Assembly (NCBI GenBank): GCA_015055815.1
Contig: SVHM01000001.1
Span: 41,774-105,773 of the forward strand
Reading direction: 5' to 3'
DNA: 64,000 nucleotides
Source of the DNA: Clostridiales bacterium
Lineage (GTDB): Bacteria > Bacillota > Clostridia > Christensenellales > UBA1242
Shown here: in pieces, positions 47,192 to 60,565 of the stretch
How the letters are laid out: every line of letters starts with the position of its first letter
Numbering within the stretch: position 1 is the stretch's first letter
Made by a program: the position numbers and the translations under genes
Notes under the pieces: generated by a model
The model's database searches: none
What the model saw: the letters and a program-made list of their open reading frames with translations, nothing else
Told to the model about the DNA's origin: nothing

Positions 47192-49570
47192 CTATTTTAC
47201 ATTTAATAATTGAGACATAAAATTATAAATACACGATTTTTCAAGATTACTTTTATTACCAGAAATTTCAATAATACCATCATTAAATTTAAGAATTGCG
47301 AGTTCTTCCATAACAAGCATGAAGAAAACAAATTGATTATATTTCATGTTCTTATCAGTTAAAGAGCTTTTTCTTAAATTATTAAAATACGAAATCAAAT
47401 CAGGGAAAGGTTTTTCATGTTTAAATGATTTAATTGCATTCATAATTTTAGCAAAGACATTTCTGTCACAACTAATATTTTTAAATAAATCAATGTTCAA
47501 CTTGTCATTAACACAGAAAATTTTATTAAATTTAGAGCCAATATGAGATACAAAACCATCACATAAATAACAATCAAGCAAGAAAATATTTTTGTAATCT
47601 TTAAGGTCTAGATTATCAGTTGGAGCAAAAACTACAACATTTTCCCCGCAAGCATTATGCATATCAAAAAGTTCATAATTTTTGATATTTTTAATAACTT
47701 TAATAGCAGAAAAGTATGTATCCATATCATTAATAATAACAGCAGTTCCGAATAAACTTTTTGACGTTAATTCATTAATTTTCTTTATAGCATCACTAAA
47801 TGACAAATCTTTTTTAAATGCTTCGTCATTTTTACAATTAATATGTTTAATCTGTGTTAAATAATTAGCAGAAATTATTTCACTCTTAGTAGCAGTATTT
47901 AATTTTGAATAATTTACATGTCTAATAAATCCAGAAATTTTTTCTTTACTTCCACTCTTTTCAAGTGTTAATTCCAAAATAACTTCTTTTAAACAATTTA
48001 CACTAAGATTATAGTAATAATCACCTTTTCCAAAGCCAATTAAATTTAAATTGCCCTGTTTTAATCTAATATGTTGCGGGAAATTAGCCATTCTAGAAAC
48101 ATTGTTGTCGGTAATTTTAAGCCTAAATGTTGGCTTTTCATTCTTAAACCCACAAGGCTCAAATATTTCAAGTTGCTTAACAAATTCAGGTGTTAAATTA
48201 AAATTAGTGATATCCATATCATAATATTTTTTACAAGACATGGCTTCTTCATCAATATTATTAAGGACAAATTCATTTACTTTGTTTCTAAATTCTTTTA
48301 TATTTTTCTTCTCAATTGATAGTCCACCTGCTTGATTATGACCACCAAATCTAATAAGTAAATCAGACACACTAGACAATGCTTCAAATATATTAACACC
48401 TGGTATACTTCTAAGACTACCTTTATATTCTCCATCAACTAAAGTAAGTAAGCATACAGGTTTGTTATATTTTTCAACAAGTTTAGAACAAATAATGCCT
48501 AAAACACCACTTTCCCAGTTGTCATTATATAATACAATCATACCAAGCCTAGCAACATTAGTATCTTCAAGCATTTCACAAGCGGAAGCAAAAATATTAT
48601 TAGTTTCAACTACTCTTCTGTCATTTAATTCGAGTAGTAAATTTATATTTTTAAGTATTTCATCATCATTATTTTCTACATACAGATTAAATGAAATAAT
48701 AGCATCACCCATTCTGCCTGTTGCATTAATTTTAGGTGCAATCTTAAACGAAATATCTGTACTTGTTAGCGGTAAAGAAATTTTAAGTAAACTACAAAGT
48801 TTTTTAAGCCCTTTTGGAAGTTGAGCTTTTTGATTTTCAAGACCAAGTTTAACAATTGCCCTATTTTCATCATGAAGTGGCACAATATCAGCAACAGTTG
48901 CAAGAGTGGCAATTGTTGTATATTTTAAGCATTCTTCAAGCCCAGCCAAAGCATGTACAACTTTAAGAGCTACACCCGCCCCACACAATTCTTTGAATGG
49001 ATAAAGTTGACCATCAAGTTTTGGGTTAATTATAAGTGTTTCTGGAATAACTTCAGGGATATCGTGATGGTCAGTAACAATTATATCTATACCTAACTTT
49101 TTACAATATTCAATCTCATCATGGCAAGTAATTCCACAATCTACAGTAATAATCAAGTCGGGATGGTACATTAAATTAACTTTATCTAAACTTTCACAAG
49201 TAAGTCCGTATCCATCAATAATTCTATTAGGTAAAAATACATTAACAGATACACCAATGCTTTCAAAGTATTTATATAAAATTGCAGACGCACTAATACC
49301 ATCGGTGTCATAGTCACCCATGATAAGTATACGCTTGTTATTATCAATATAATACTTAATTTTTTCAACTACTTTATCCATATTTTTAAGTAAGAATGGA
49401 TTATGAAAATGTGTAATTCCAGAAGATAAATACCTTTCAATTTTTTCTTCACTATCAATACCACGTGCAAAAAGTAACTTGACTATGTCTTCACATAAAT
49501 CAAATTTCTTTGCACAATTAGAAATGTGCGAACTATTAAAATCATTATCAAACTTTTTAATAAATTCCAT
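47192..49570 (-). CDS. recJ: Single-stranded-DNA-specific exonuclease RecJ
   Basis: DHH motifs GDYDTDGISA, VDCG and IVTDHHD; DHHA1 motif GGHNQAGG. Confidence 0.93.
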   Translation of the reverse strand: MEFIKKFDNDFNSSHISNCAKKFDLCEDIVKLLFARGIDSEEKIERYLSSGITHFHNPFLLKNMDKVVEKIKYYIDNNKRILIMGDYDTDGISASAILYKYFESIGVSVNVFLPNRIIDGYGLTCESLDKVNLMYHPDLIITVDCGITCHDEIEYCKKLGIDIIVTDHHDIPEVIPETLIINPKLDGQLYPFKELCGAGVALKVVHALAGLEECLKYTTIATLATVADIVPLHDENRAIVKLGLENQKAQLPKGLKKLCSLLKISLPLTSTDISFKIAPKINATGRMGDAIISFNLYVENNDDEILKNINLLLELNDRRVVETNNIFASACEMLEDTNVARLGMIVLYNDNWESGVLGIICSKLVEKYNKPVCLLTLVDGEYKGSLRSIPGVNIFEALSSVSDLLIRFGGHNQAGGLSIEKKNIKEFRNKVNEFVLNNIDEEAMSCKKYYDMDITNFNLTPEFVKQLEIFEPCGFKNEKPTFRLKITDNNVSRMANFPQHIRLKQGNLNLIGFGKGDYYYNLSVNCLKEVILELTLEKSGSKEKISGFIRHVNYSKLNTATKSEIISANYLTQIKHINCKNDEAFKKDLSFSDAIKKINELTSKSLFGTAVIINDMDTYFSAIKVIKNIKNYELFDMHNACGENVVVFAPTDNLDLKDYKNIFLLDCYLCDGFVSHIGSKFNKIFCVNDKLNIDLFKNISCDRNVFAKIMNAIKSFKHEKPFPDLISYFNNLRKSSLTDKNMKYNQFVFFMLVMEELAILKFNDGIIEISGNKSNLEKSCIYNFMSQLLNVK

Positions 49571-49609
49571 ATAACTCTAAAATAAGCCCTTAAAATTAAG
49601 GGCTTAAAA

Positions 49610-50602
49610 TTAAACAACGATTTTTTCTTCAGAATTCTCAGAAGGTTTGTTTTGTTTTTCAATTCTTCTTCTAAGTATAAAATCTCTTTCTTTCTTATAT
49701 ATTAATGCCCAAATAGAAGTATTAAATACTATTGACATAGCAAACGATACAACAATCGCAACTAAGCAAGCAATAGATAGATAAATTAAAGATAAATTAC
49801 CAACAAACATTATAGCTAGAATACTTATCATTAACCCAATATGAATATATAGTAAATTTTTAAATGATTTAGATAAAGCAACATTAACCCTATCACTATT
49901 ACTAAACTTATTATATTTTTCCATATTTAATGTTTCTTTTATATGATTATTAATATACATAGAACCAAGTACAGTTAAGAATACAGTCAAGAATACAGAT
50001 AAAATTGTAAATTGATTAAATGGTATTCTTGCAAGTATTATAATAGATAGTAAAGTTAAAACACCAAGTGTAATAGAACTAATCATAGAGATTGCAGAAG
50101 CTAAATTGTATCTTATAAATACATAAATGAATGTAAATAGAAGAATAAATGCTACTCCACCAATTGCCCAACAAATAGTGTTAACATAGTTTGTAGAAGT
50201 ATCAAGATTTGTACTTTCACATCTAATCACTACAGCACTATCAAGAGTAATTCCATTTATTAATTCGTCTTCAACTTTTTCTTTTAAACTGTCAAGTTTA
50301 GCATCACTATCAGCAATTTTTACAACAATTCCATTTTGTGCGCCTTCACCAATTCTTTCAAGTCTGAAATCTTCAAATTCAGCACCAACCATAGAATTAA
50401 GTTTTTCTTCAAGCAAATCATACTCAACTTCTGTAACAGTAGTATTAAACTTCACATTAAAACTTTGAGTTGCTCTAAAGTCATAGTCAAGATTAAATCC
50501 AAATATAGCACCAATAACAATTGCAGTAAGTACAAGTAAGGCTGGAATAATTATTGAATACTTAAAACTAGCTCTTAAATCAAATTTATTAGATTTCATC
50601 AA
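49610..50602 (-). CDS. secF: Protein translocase subunit SecF
   Basis: Six-TM SecD/F family protein overlapping the end of secD. Confidence 0.85.
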   Translation of the reverse strand: MMKSNKFDLRASFKYSIIIPALLVLTAIVIGAIFGFNLDYDFRATQSFNVKFNTTVTEVEYDLLEEKLNSMVGAEFEDFRLERIGEGAQNGIVVKIADSDAKLDSLKEKVEDELINGITLDSAVVIRCESTNLDTSTNYVNTICWAIGGVAFILLFTFIYVFIRYNLASAISMISSITLGVLTLLSIIILARIPFNQFTILSVFLTVFLTVLGSMYINNHIKETLNMEKYNKFSNSDRVNVALSKSFKNLLYIHIGLMISILAIMFVGNLSLIYLSIACLVAIVVSFAMSIVFNTSIWALIYKKERDFILRRRIEKQNKPSENSEEKIVV

Positions 50603-51866
50603 CGTTTTCCCCCCTTACAAAGTTTACTTTCTTTTCATTTCTAACATTAAAGCCTGTGTAATCAACACAAACAACTTTATTTAGATATAATGAAGTAAAT
50701 GCAGTTCCCGCAAGTGTCATAAGCATATGATATACAAACATCTTAACGGCACTACTTGGAACAACAAGCATAAGAAGAGTTACACCAAGAGTTATAAGAA
50801 GTACATCAAGCATATTAAATAATGCCTTTTTATAACCAGAAGTAAACGCTATAGTAAATTTCTTACCCATAGCATATTCATTCTTAATAACATTTAGATA
50901 ATACATGTGTAGTAAGAAGTTTAGAATATATCCAAACATAAATCCAAGCCAGCCACCAAATGTTACTTGTAAATCAAATATAGCACAAACAATTACAGTA
51001 AACATTAGCGAGAATAATAAAGATAATGCAGAAACCAAACCAAGTTCTTTAAACATGATAAATAATAAAGCTATACTTAGAACAATGATAGCCATTGAAG
51101 AAATCCAAATAGCCCATTTTGAAAAACTACCATATCTAGCAGAAACTTCAATATCATCTAAATCAGTAAACATATTTACGCCTATTTTAGAACTTTCAAG
51201 TCTCATTGCATATGCTTCACCACCAGCCTTAGTAGAAATACCTTCACCTTGTAGGAAAATATAATCTATTTCAGAAGAAATTGAAAGTGATGTAGCATTC
51301 TCATAATCTTTTCCCCAACAAATGTAGATAGAACCACCGCCTTCAGTTCCAGAAACTTCCTTAGTCAATTCTTTGAACTTTTCAGCACCTGTATCAGTAA
51401 ATTGAATTAAAACACCATAAGTTGTACCATTTGAAGTATATGTTGCTTTTTCAATATCAGAACCTACAATTCTAGCTTCAGCTTCTTCTGTTTTATCTGT
51501 TTTAATTTCAAAATGATTAACTAGTAACGCATCACTAATAGATACATCAGGTACTTCAATAGTCATTTTGTCATCACCACTAAAGTAAACTGTAGCATCA
51601 GCATAGTATTTGTTAAGTACCTTTTGAACTCTATCAATTGCGTCTTGATAAGCGTCAGACTTGTCGCCCTTGTACCAATCAGCAACTTCCAATTCGTATG
51701 TGTTCTTAACACCCCCACCTAATTCAAGTCCCAAATGAATGTTAGCAAGTCCCTTGAAATCATAATTAGTGCCAACAACTGGGAAAGAAATAAATGAAAG
51801 TATAGCAATAATTACTATAAATAGACTAATAAGGACATAGTCTCTAATTGCTCTTTTCTTTTTCAT
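50589..51866 (-). CDS. secD: Protein translocase subunit SecD
   Basis: N-terminal TM helix, periplasmic-type domain (LGLELGGG) and a C-terminal six-TM bundle. Confidence 0.85.
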   Translation of the reverse strand: MKKKRAIRDYVLISLFIVIIAILSFISFPVVGTNYDFKGLANIHLGLELGGGVKNTYELEVADWYKGDKSDAYQDAIDRVQKVLNKYYADATVYFSGDDKMTIEVPDVSISDALLVNHFEIKTDKTEEAEARIVGSDIEKATYTSNGTTYGVLIQFTDTGAEKFKELTKEVSGTEGGGSIYICWGKDYENATSLSISSEIDYIFLQGEGISTKAGGEAYAMRLESSKIGVNMFTDLDDIEVSARYGSFSKWAIWISSMAIIVLSIALLFIMFKELGLVSALSLLFSLMFTVIVCAIFDLQVTFGGWLGFMFGYILNFLLHMYYLNVIKNEYAMGKKFTIAFTSGYKKALFNMLDVLLITLGVTLLMLVVPSSAVKMFVYHMLMTLAGTAFTSLYLNKVVCVDYTGFNVRNEKKVNFVRGENVDEI

Positions 51867-52082
51867 TATGTCACTCCAATAAGATAAGTAATATTTAAAT
51901 TGTATCCAAAAAATTAATAATTAAGACTTTAAAACATCAAATCTATATATAATTTTAATACAAATACAGCTTAACTATCGTATTATACAATATATCTTCA
52001 ATATAAGTCAATTTATTTTAAAAATAATTTTAAAATTATCCCTAAAAAAATAAAAAAAGCACATATAATGTGCCTTTAAAAA

Positions 52083-52475
52083 TTATCTATTTTTGATATT
52101 AATTACAATTGCTCCAACAATGCCACCCATAAGTATTGTTAAAAGTAAATCATATAAATTATTTAAAGTAAAACTCCAACTTTTTTGAAGCAAACTAAAA
52201 ATCAAATAACTTAAAACAAAATATATGAGTGAAATTAAAATTCCTTTTAAAAAACCTTTTGAATTGTCTTTTTTTAAAGCAATGGTAACGCCAATAAATA
52301 TGCTAATAATTTTTATAACTTGATTTACAGGAAATAAAAATTTATCATCTAAATTAGTAAATCTTATAATAACAGCAAAAAGTAATATTAATACAATTGT
52401 CATTGTAATAGCAAGAACGCTACCACTAAATATACTTAAAAATTTATTTTTATTTTTTACATCACTTGAATTCAT
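52083..52475 (-). CDS. Small 4-TM membrane protein (YrzE/TIGR04086-like, unverified)
   Basis: Four hydrophobic helices. A terminator hairpin gcacat/atgtgc follows downstream at about 52060-52074. Confidence 0.6.
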   Translation of the reverse strand: MNSSDVKNKNKFLSIFSGSVLAITMTIVLILLFAVIIRFTNLDDKFLFPVNQVIKIISIFIGVTIALKKDNSKGFLKGILISLIYFVLSYLIFSLLQKSWSFTLNNLYDLLLTILMGGIVGAIVINIKNR

Positions 52476-52565
52476 TGTTCACCACCCGTTTTTATAATAT
52501 ATGATGCAAAAAATAAAATATTCGTCAAAAATAAAAAACAGACTAATTAAAGTCTGTTTTATAAA

Positions 52566-53030
52566 TTATTTCTTTTTTGTAGTTGATTTCTTAGTTGTAG
52601 TTTTAGGTTTAGCTTCAGTTTTAGTTTCCTTTACTTCTTCAACTTCAGCAGTTTCTTCAGCCTTTTCTTCAACTTTTTCTACTTTCTCAACAGGAGCAGT
52701 AGCTTCTTCTACAACAACTGATTTATTATCAATACCACCAATAGCATTGATATGAATAGTCATAGTAGATGGATTTTTAGCATTACCAGTAACGATTGTT
52801 ACAACCTTGCCATCAGTAGTATTTTCAACAGATTCAATAACTCCATAAACACCAGCAGTTGTAATAATTTTTGTACCTTTTACTAATTGGTCATTAAGAG
52901 TTTTTCTTTCTTCGATTTCTTTCTTTCTTCTAAGATAAGCAGGAACCATAAGACCTACTGCAACAACAATAAGAACTAGTAACATCCAATTTTGAGCAAA
53001 CCAATCGCCAACACTTAAAAATAAATTCAT
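52566..53030 (-). CDS. yajC: Preprotein translocase subunit YajC with an E/K/T-rich C-terminal extension
   Basis: TM helix plus LVKGTKIITTAGVYGVIESV (YajC core); position between tgt and secD. Confidence 0.85.
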   Translation of the reverse strand: MNLFLSVGDWFAQNWMLLVLIVVAVGLMVPAYLRRKKEIEERKTLNDQLVKGTKIITTAGVYGVIESVENTTDGKVVTIVTGNAKNPSTMTIHINAIGGIDNKSVVVEEATAPVEKVEKVEEKAEETAEVEEVKETKTEAKPKTTTKKSTTKKK

Positions 53031-53152
53031 TGTATTCTCCTTACATTATGTATTTTAAATTTATATTTCAAATTTATTAATATATTATATCAAACATCTT
53101 AAAATAATCAAATAAATTAATGTTGAATATTATAAATTTTCAAATATTTTTG

Positions 53153-54494
<1,342 letters not shown>

Positions 54495-54506
54495 TATTAA
54501 TATCTC

Positions 54507-55559
54507 CTATATAAGTAAAGTTGCATCACCGAAACTAAAAAATCTATATTTCTCTTTAACTGCAACATTATAAAAATTCATTGTTTCATCATAACCACAA
54601 AATGCAGAAACTAACATTATAAGAGTACTTTCAGGTAAATGAAAATTAGTGATTAACCCATCAATTACTTTAAATTTATAACCAGGATATATAAAAATTT
54701 TTGTTTCTTTCATAGTTTCTTTAAGTACACCGTTTTCATCACAAGAACTCTCCAATACCCTTACCGACGTAGTACCACAGGCTATTATTCTTCTTCCTTC
54801 ACTCTTTGCTTTATTTAAAATTTCAGCATTTTCCTTAGTCAATTCAATGTATTCACTATGCATATCGTGTTTAAGAATGTTATCTTCACTTACTGGTCTA
54901 AATGTTCCAAGTCCAACATGAAGTAGAACTTCTACAACTTCAACACCTTTGTCTTTTAATTTTTGCAAAAGTTCATTTGTAAAATGAAGTCCTGCAGTTG
55001 GTGCTGCACTACTTCCAGATACTTTATTATAAACTGTCTGATATCTATTTTTGTCTTTATATTGATTTTTAATATATGGTGGAAGTGGCATAAGACCAAT
55101 TCTATCAATTATTTCTTCAAAAACACCATTAAAAGTAAACTCAATTATCTTACCGCCAAAATCAGTATCGCTAGTAATCTCACCAAATAATTCATCAGAA
55201 AAATTAATAGTAGTACCAATTTTTAATCTTTTACCCGGTTTTGCAAGACACTCCCATGTATTTATATTAAGCCTTTTAAGAAGTAAAACTTCCACTTCAG
55301 CACCTGTAGTTTTCTTACCATAAATTCTAGCTGGCAAAACTTTTGTATTATTAATAACAAGTACATCACCACTTTTAAAATAATCAACAATATCATAAAA
55401 ATGTTTATGCTCAATTGTATCATTATCTTTATGATAAACAAGTAGCCTAGAATGATCTCTAGGCTCTATTGGTGTTTGAGCAATTAATTCTTCAGGTAAA
55501 TCATAAAAGTATGATTTCGTACTAAACATGTCTTTATTATCTTTATTCATCTTCTTCAC
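54507..55559 (-). CDS. queA: S-adenosylmethionine:tRNA ribosyltransferase-isomerase
   Basis: [23 protein letters not shown] and TTSVR. Confidence 0.95.
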   Translation of the reverse strand: MKKMNKDNKDMFSTKSYFYDLPEELIAQTPIEPRDHSRLLVYHKDNDTIEHKHFYDIVDYFKSGDVLVINNTKVLPARIYGKKTTGAEVEVLLLKRLNINTWECLAKPGKRLKIGTTINFSDELFGEITSDTDFGGKIIEFTFNGVFEEIIDRIGLMPLPPYIKNQYKDKNRYQTVYNKVSGSSAAPTAGLHFTNELLQKLKDKGVEVVEVLLHVGLGTFRPVSEDNILKHDMHSEYIELTKENAEILNKAKSEGRRIIACGTTSVRVLESSCDENGVLKETMKETKIFIYPGYKFKVIDGLITNFHLPESTLIMLVSAFCGYDETMNFYNVAVKEKYRFFSFGDATLLI

Positions 55560-56592
55560 TTTCTACAAATAATTTAATGTATTCTTGATTTTTTGCAGAT
55601 AATTTTTTTCCTAAATGCTTGTAAGCATTTGGAAGAACAATTCTTCCACGTGGAGTTCTTGCTATAAAACCAAGTTGTAATAAATATGGTTCATATACAT
55701 CTTCAATAGTATTTGCATCTTCACCAGTAGCTGCTGCAAGAGTATTAAGCCCAACCGGTCCGCCATGAAATTTATCAATAATTGTTTCAAGTAGCACTCT
55801 ATCAGTAAAATCAAGTCCCAAGTTGTCAACTTCTAGCACTTCAAGGGCTTTTTTACAAATATCATTAGTGATAACACCGCTACCCATAACTTCTGCAAAA
55901 TCTCTAATTCTTCTTAAAAGTCTATTAGCAATTCTAGGAGTGCCCCTACTTCTTTTAGCCAGTTCCAAACTAGCATCATCATCAATAGGTGCATTTAGAA
56001 TTGTAGCACTTCTAGTAATAATTTTTTTAAGTTCTTCGGTTGTATACATTTCAAGTCTACAAATTACCCCAAACCTGTCTCTAAGGGGTCCCGTTAACAT
56101 TCCCGCTTTTGTTGTCGCACCAATTAAAGTAAAAGGCTCAACATTAATTCTCATAGTTCTAGCTCCTGGACCTTTACCTAAAATAATATCCAAAGCAAAA
56201 TCTTCCATAGCAGGATAAAGAACTTCTTCAACAGACCTACTAAGTCTATGAATTTCATCTATAAAAAGTACTTCATTTCTCTGCATGTTACTTAAAATAC
56301 TAGCAAGATCAGCAACTTTTTCAATAGCAGGGCCACTTGTAATTTTAATATTTGTACCAAGTTCATTTGCTATAATATGAGATAAGGTTGTTTTACCAAG
56401 TCCCGGTGGACCATACAAAAGAACATGGTCAAGAGCATCGCCCCTTTTCTTAGCGGCTTGAATATAAATATTTAAATTGTTTTTAATTTTTTCTTGACCA
56501 ACATACTCATTCATACTTGTTGGTCTTAAAGTATTTTCAACTTCTACTTCACTCATATTTCGAGTAGAAGTTATAAATCTCTCTTCATCCAT
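55543..56592 (-). CDS. ruvB: Holliday junction helicase RuvB
   Basis: [17 protein letters not shown] and GATT..G.LT.PLRDRFG. Confidence 0.97.
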   Translation of the reverse strand: MDEERFITSTRNMSEVEVENTLRPTSMNEYVGQEKIKNNLNIYIQAAKKRGDALDHVLLYGPPGLGKTTLSHIIANELGTNIKITSGPAIEKVADLASILSNMQRNEVLFIDEIHRLSRSVEEVLYPAMEDFALDIILGKGPGARTMRINVEPFTLIGATTKAGMLTGPLRDRFGVICRLEMYTTEELKKIITRSATILNAPIDDDASLELAKRSRGTPRIANRLLRRIRDFAEVMGSGVITNDICKKALEVLEVDNLGLDFTDRVLLETIIDKFHGGPVGLNTLAAATGEDANTIEDVYEPYLLQLGFIARTPRGRIVLPNAYKHLGKKLSAKNQEYIKLFVESEEDE

Positions 56593-56597
56593 AAACG

Positions 56598-57191
56598 TTA
56601 CCTATTTAAATTTTTAAGCGATTTCTTTATTAATGTTTCTGCAGTGTCATCTTGACTTGCTACATTTTTAACAATTTGAGTAGCTTCTGCTCTAGTAAGC
56701 CCCATAGCAACAAGAGTATCAATCGTTTCTTCAATTGCCGAATTTGGAGCTGAAACACCTTTATTTGTAACAAGCATTGATAGTTGCATATCATCAAAAC
56801 TGCTTTTAAGTTCCAATACTAATCTTTCAGCGGTCTTTTTGCCCAAACCTTTCACCGATGAAAGAAGTTTGATATTTTCACTAGCAATTGCTACAATCAA
56901 ATCAGCAACAGGCATAGCAGATAAAATTGCAATTGCCATTTTACCACCAATACCGCTAACACTAATTAACTTTAAAAATACATCTTTTTCTTCTTTTGTT
57001 GCAAAACCAAAAAGTGTTATAGCATCTTCTCTTACTGCCATATATGTATAAATTGTAGCAAGTTCACCCTTATTTGGCAATTCAAAAATTGTAGTTTCAC
57101 TCACATTTAATTCAAAACCAACACCATTACAATTAAGTATTGCAATATTATTTTCTTTCTCTTCAATAATCCCAGTAATAAACGAAAACAT
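56598..57191 (-). CDS. ruvA: Holliday junction DNA-binding protein RuvA
   Basis: OB domain, HhH motifs ([27 protein letters not shown]) and the C-terminal domain III. Confidence 0.93.
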   Translation of the reverse strand: MFSFITGIIEEKENNIAILNCNGVGFELNVSETTIFELPNKGELATIYTYMAVREDAITLFGFATKEEKDVFLKLISVSGIGGKMAIAILSAMPVADLIVAIASENIKLLSSVKGLGKKTAERLVLELKSSFDDMQLSMLVTNKGVSAPNSAIEETIDTLVAMGLTRAEATQIVKNVASQDDTAETLIKKSLKNLNR

Positions 57192-57200
57192 AATTTCTCC

Positions 57201-57695
57201 TTATCTAATATCAGTTCCAGATAGCATCAAATTTGTCTGACTATGACATACTGCCACAGCAAGTCCATCTGCTGCATCATCAGGCTTAGGAATACTTTTT
57301 AAATTAAGAATAGCCTTGACCATAAACTGAACTTGTTGTTTATCTGCTCTACCATTACTTGTTAAAGCTTGCTTAATTTGAAGCGGAGTATATTCATATA
57401 GTTTAAGCCCTTTATTAAGGCAAGCAAGTAGAATTACACCCCTTGCTTCAGCAACGGCAATTCCAGTAGTTGTATTTGTATTGAAAAACAATTCTTCAAT
57501 GGCAACATGTTCAGGTTTATATTTATCTATTAACGCACACATTCCATCATAAATTGATTTAAGTCTTATAGGTAAAGGATCTTCCTTAGGTGTAGTTATT
57601 ACGCCATAATCAATTACTTCAGTTTTATATTTACCCTTTTCAATAATCCCAAACCCAACAATTGCATATCCCGGGTCAATACCTAATATAATCAT
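57201..57695 (-). CDS. ruvC: Crossover junction endodeoxyribonuclease RuvC
   Basis: ILGIDPG, VAIEELF and DAADGLAVAVCH. Confidence 0.93.
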   Translation of the reverse strand: MIILGIDPGYAIVGFGIIEKGKYKTEVIDYGVITTPKEDPLPIRLKSIYDGMCALIDKYKPEHVAIEELFFNTNTTTGIAVAEARGVILLACLNKGLKLYEYTPLQIKQALTSNGRADKQQVQFMVKAILNLKSIPKPDDAADGLAVAVCHSQTNLMLSGTDIR

Positions 57696-57789
57696 AATTT
57701 CTCCTATATACCTAAATAGTATATAGTAGTTAAAAAATTATGTCAAACAAATGTTTTATAAAATGAAAAAATATATGCTTTCGCATATA

Positions 57790-58515
57790 TTAATTCATTT
57801 CAACATTATGATAAACTTCTTGCACATCATCATTGTCTTCAAGTAAGTCAATCATTTTATTAAATGTAACAAGTTTGTCTTCAGTAAGTTCAACATAATT
57901 ACTTGGAATTAAGTCAATAGAACTATCTGCAATAGTTACACCATTTTTTTCTAAGTTTTCTTTAACAATATCAAAATCATCAGGGGTTGTATAAATTTCA
58001 AATACTTCATCTCCGATTTCAATATCTTCAGCACCACTATCAAGAGCAATCATCATCATATCGTCATCAGAAATTCCTGTACCCTTTTGAACATATATAA
58101 CGCCTTTCTTTGTAAATAAATAGGATACACAACCATTGCTTCCTAGCGAGCCACCAAACTTATCAAATAAGTGTCTCACATCACTAGCAGTTCTATTCTT
58201 ATTATCGGTAAGTGCATACACAATTACTGCACTACCACCAACACCATATCCTTCATATGTCATACTTTCGTAGTTTACTGAACCTAATTCACCACTTGCT
58301 TTTTTAATACTTCTATTAATATTATCATTTGGCATATTGATAGTTTTAGCCTTTGCAATAATATTTTTAAGTTGTGAATTTGAGTTTGGGTCAGGTCCGC
58401 CAAGCTTTACAGCAACGGCAATTTCCCTACCAATTTTAGTATACATTTTTGCATTTTGTTGGTCATTTTTTTCTTTTGCATTTTTTATTTTTGACCATTT
58501 ATTATGTCCTGACAT
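57790..58515 (-). CDS. yebC: YebC/PmpR-family transcriptional regulator
   Basis: MSGHNKWSKIKNAKE... canonical N-terminus and length. Confidence 0.93.
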   Translation of the reverse strand: MSGHNKWSKIKNAKEKNDQQNAKMYTKIGREIAVAVKLGGPDPNSNSQLKNIIAKAKTINMPNDNINRSIKKASGELGSVNYESMTYEGYGVGGSAVIVYALTDNKNRTASDVRHLFDKFGGSLGSNGCVSYLFTKKGVIYVQKGTGISDDDMMMIALDSGAEDIEIGDEVFEIYTTPDDFDIVKENLEKNGVTIADSSIDLIPSNYVELTEDKLVTFNKMIDLLEDNDDVQEVYHNVEMN

Positions 58516-58526
58516 AACTAAACCTC

Positions 58527-59258
58527 TTATTTTAAATTAAACATTATTATACTTGCACTGACACTAGCATTCAAACTTTCAACACCATTTACCATAGGAA
58601 TAGAAACAACTTTATCAGACAACTCTAAAACTTCTTTTGAAACTCCATTTCCTTCATTACCTATAACAATAGCAAAATTGCCATCAGGTTTACTAGTTTT
58701 ATCAATAGAAACCCCATCCATATCTGCTGTAATTAACAGAATATTATGAGAATTTTTTAAATCAATTAATTTATTTAAATCAACATCAACAAAATTAACA
58801 TCAAAAACATATCCCATACTACTTCTAATTACCTTATTAGTATAAGGATAACATGAATTTAATGACATAATTGTAGTATATCCAAAAGCACACGCACTTC
58901 TAATAATCGCACCCAAATTACTAGGGTCTTGAATATTATCAAGTATTAAACATTTTGAGTAACCAACATTTTCACTTGCAACAATTTTAGCAATAGCAAA
59001 TACACCATCGGTTGTCATTGTTTCACTTATTAATTTAGCCATACTTGAAGATACAATCTCAATCTGAATATCTTCAAATTCACTCTTTAAATAAGACTTT
59101 TCTTCAGATAAAAGTATACAGTTTATTAGTCCTTTAGCATAAAGTTCTCTAATAATTTTTATACTTTCTACAAAACAAACCCCATCTTGTTTAGAGTATT
59201 TTTTGTTTTTAATTTTATCGATATATTTAATTAACTTATTATCTTTGCTAGTTATCAT
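58527..59258 (-). CDS. TrmH/SpoU-family RNA 2'-O-methyltransferase (YsgA-like)
   Basis: DNIQDPSNLGAIIRSACAFG, VIGNEGNGVS and SLNASVSASI; downstream of rplT as in Bacillus. Confidence 0.88.
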   Translation of the reverse strand: MITSKDNKLIKYIDKIKNKKYSKQDGVCFVESIKIIRELYAKGLINCILLSEEKSYLKSEFEDIQIEIVSSSMAKLISETMTTDGVFAIAKIVASENVGYSKCLILDNIQDPSNLGAIIRSACAFGYTTIMSLNSCYPYTNKVIRSSMGYVFDVNFVDVDLNKLIDLKNSHNILLITADMDGVSIDKTSKPDGNFAIVIGNEGNGVSKEVLELSDKVVSIPMVNGVESLNASVSASIIMFNLK

Positions 59259-59315
59259 ACAACTCTCTTTTTAAAGTCAAAACAAGTATTATTGCTAATA
59301 CTTGTCCTGAGATAA

Positions 59316-59672
59316 TTATTTAGATAATGCTTTCTTTGCGGTAGCAACAAGACTAGCAAAAGCATTCTCATCACTAACAGCCAAATCAGCCAAAACTTTT
59401 CTATTAAGGTCAATGTTAGCAACCTTTAAACCATGCATAAATTGACTATAAGACATATCATTTTGTCTACAACCAGCATTAATTCTTGCAATCCATAATT
59501 GTCTGAAATCACGTTTTTTAAGCCTTCTACCAGTATAAGCATATTGACCAGCTTTCATAACTGCTTGTTTAGCAACTCTATAAAGTTTACTTCTAGCACC
59601 CCAGTAACCTTTGGCACTTCTAAGAACTTTTCTTCTTTTCTTTAATGCATTAACACTTCTTTTAATTCTCAT
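59316..59672 (-). CDS. rplT: 50S ribosomal protein L20
   Basis: [17 protein letters not shown]...; canonical. Confidence 0.97.
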   Translation of the reverse strand: MRIKRSVNALKKRRKVLRSAKGYWGARSKLYRVAKQAVMKAGQYAYTGRRLKKRDFRQLWIARINAGCRQNDMSYSQFMHGLKVANIDLNRKVLADLAVSDENAFASLVATAKKALSK

Positions 59673-59687
59673 AAGTAATCCCTCCTA

Positions 59688-59882
59688 TTATGCAGAAAGC
59701 AATCCTTTAATATTTTTCTCATCTGCTTTAGATACATAAGTACCCTTTCTTAATCTTCTCTTTCTATCAGGTGATTTTTTAGTTAAAATGTGTCTTCTAT
59801 TCATTTTATTTCTTTTAATTAGACCTGATTTTTTTAATTTAAATCTCTTTTTTGCACCAGTATGTGTTTTTTGCTTAGGCAT
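59688..59882 (-). CDS. rpmI: 50S ribosomal protein L35
   Basis: [20 protein letters not shown]. Confidence 0.97.
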   Translation of the reverse strand: MPKQKTHTGAKKRFKLKKSGLIKRNKMNRRHILTKKSPDRKRRLRKGTYVSKADEKNIKGLLSA

Positions 59883-59898
59883 AATTTTTTCTCCTTTA

Positions 59899-60411
59899 TT
59901 ATTTAGTATTTTTAGGTGACAATACCATTACTATTTGTCTACCATTAATTTCCGGTTTGCTTGTAAGTTCACAGACATCTGAAAGCATTTCATAGAATTT
60001 TTCCATAATAGGAAGCCCTAATTGTGGATTGGCAAGTTGTCTACCAAACATTCTAAGTGATACTTTCACCTTATCTCCATTAGACAAAAATTTTCTAACA
60101 TTTTTAGCCTTAAATTGCATATCGTTATCTGCAATATTCATGCTAAGTTGCATTCCCTTAACTTCTGCAACCTTTTGTTTTTTCTTTGCTTCTTTTTCTT
60201 TTTTCATTGTGTCAAATCTATGCTTTCCATAATCCATGATTTTACAAACAGGTGGAGTAGCATTTGGAGACAAAAGAACCAAATCTAAACTTTCTTCTTC
60301 TGCTTTAGCCATTGCTTCATTTAAAGACATAATGCCTAGAGCTTCTCCTTGACTTCCTACAAGTCTAACTTGTTGAACTTTAATTTGTTCATTAATAAGC
60401 AACTCTTTAAT
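59899..60411 (-). CDS. infC: Translation initiation factor IF-3, probable ATT start
   Basis: The conserved IF-3 sequence begins at (I)[18 protein letters not shown]. The ATT codon at 60411-60409 is preceded by GGGGG about 9 nt upstream. The ORF-track upstream extension (to 60528) has no IF-3 similarity. Confidence 0.8.
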   Translation of the reverse strand: MKELLINEQIKVQQVRLVGSQGEALGIMSLNEAMAKAEEESLDLVLLSPNATPPVCKIMDYGKHRFDTMKKEKEAKKKQKVAEVKGMQLSMNIADNDMQFKAKNVRKFLSNGDKVKVSLRMFGRQLANPQLGLPIMEKFYEMLSDVCELTSKPEINGRQIVMVLSPKNTK

Positions 60412-60565
60412 AGTGGTATACCCCCAAATTATATTTATAGAATAGAAAAAGTGAGTAAATTTCTTTACCCACTCCTCGCAATAAATAATTTCATTATCTA
60501 TTTTTAACACCATCAAAACAAAATTCAATGGGTGAGAAGTGGTCTTCTTCTTGAACTACGAATTA

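Noticed and set aside
52566-52760. The E/K/T/V-rich C-terminal tail of YajC (VEKVEKVEEKAEETAEVEEVKETKTEAKPKTTTKK) as a separate feature.
   Set aside because: It is a low-complexity extension in frame with a normal YajC core, and nothing points to an independent function.
60412-60528. The N-terminal 38-aa extension of infC in the ORF track (ATG at 60528).
   Set aside because: The extension has no IF-3 similarity and would start upstream of sequence that looks like a leader. A conserved ATT start with a ribosome-binding site explains the gene better.
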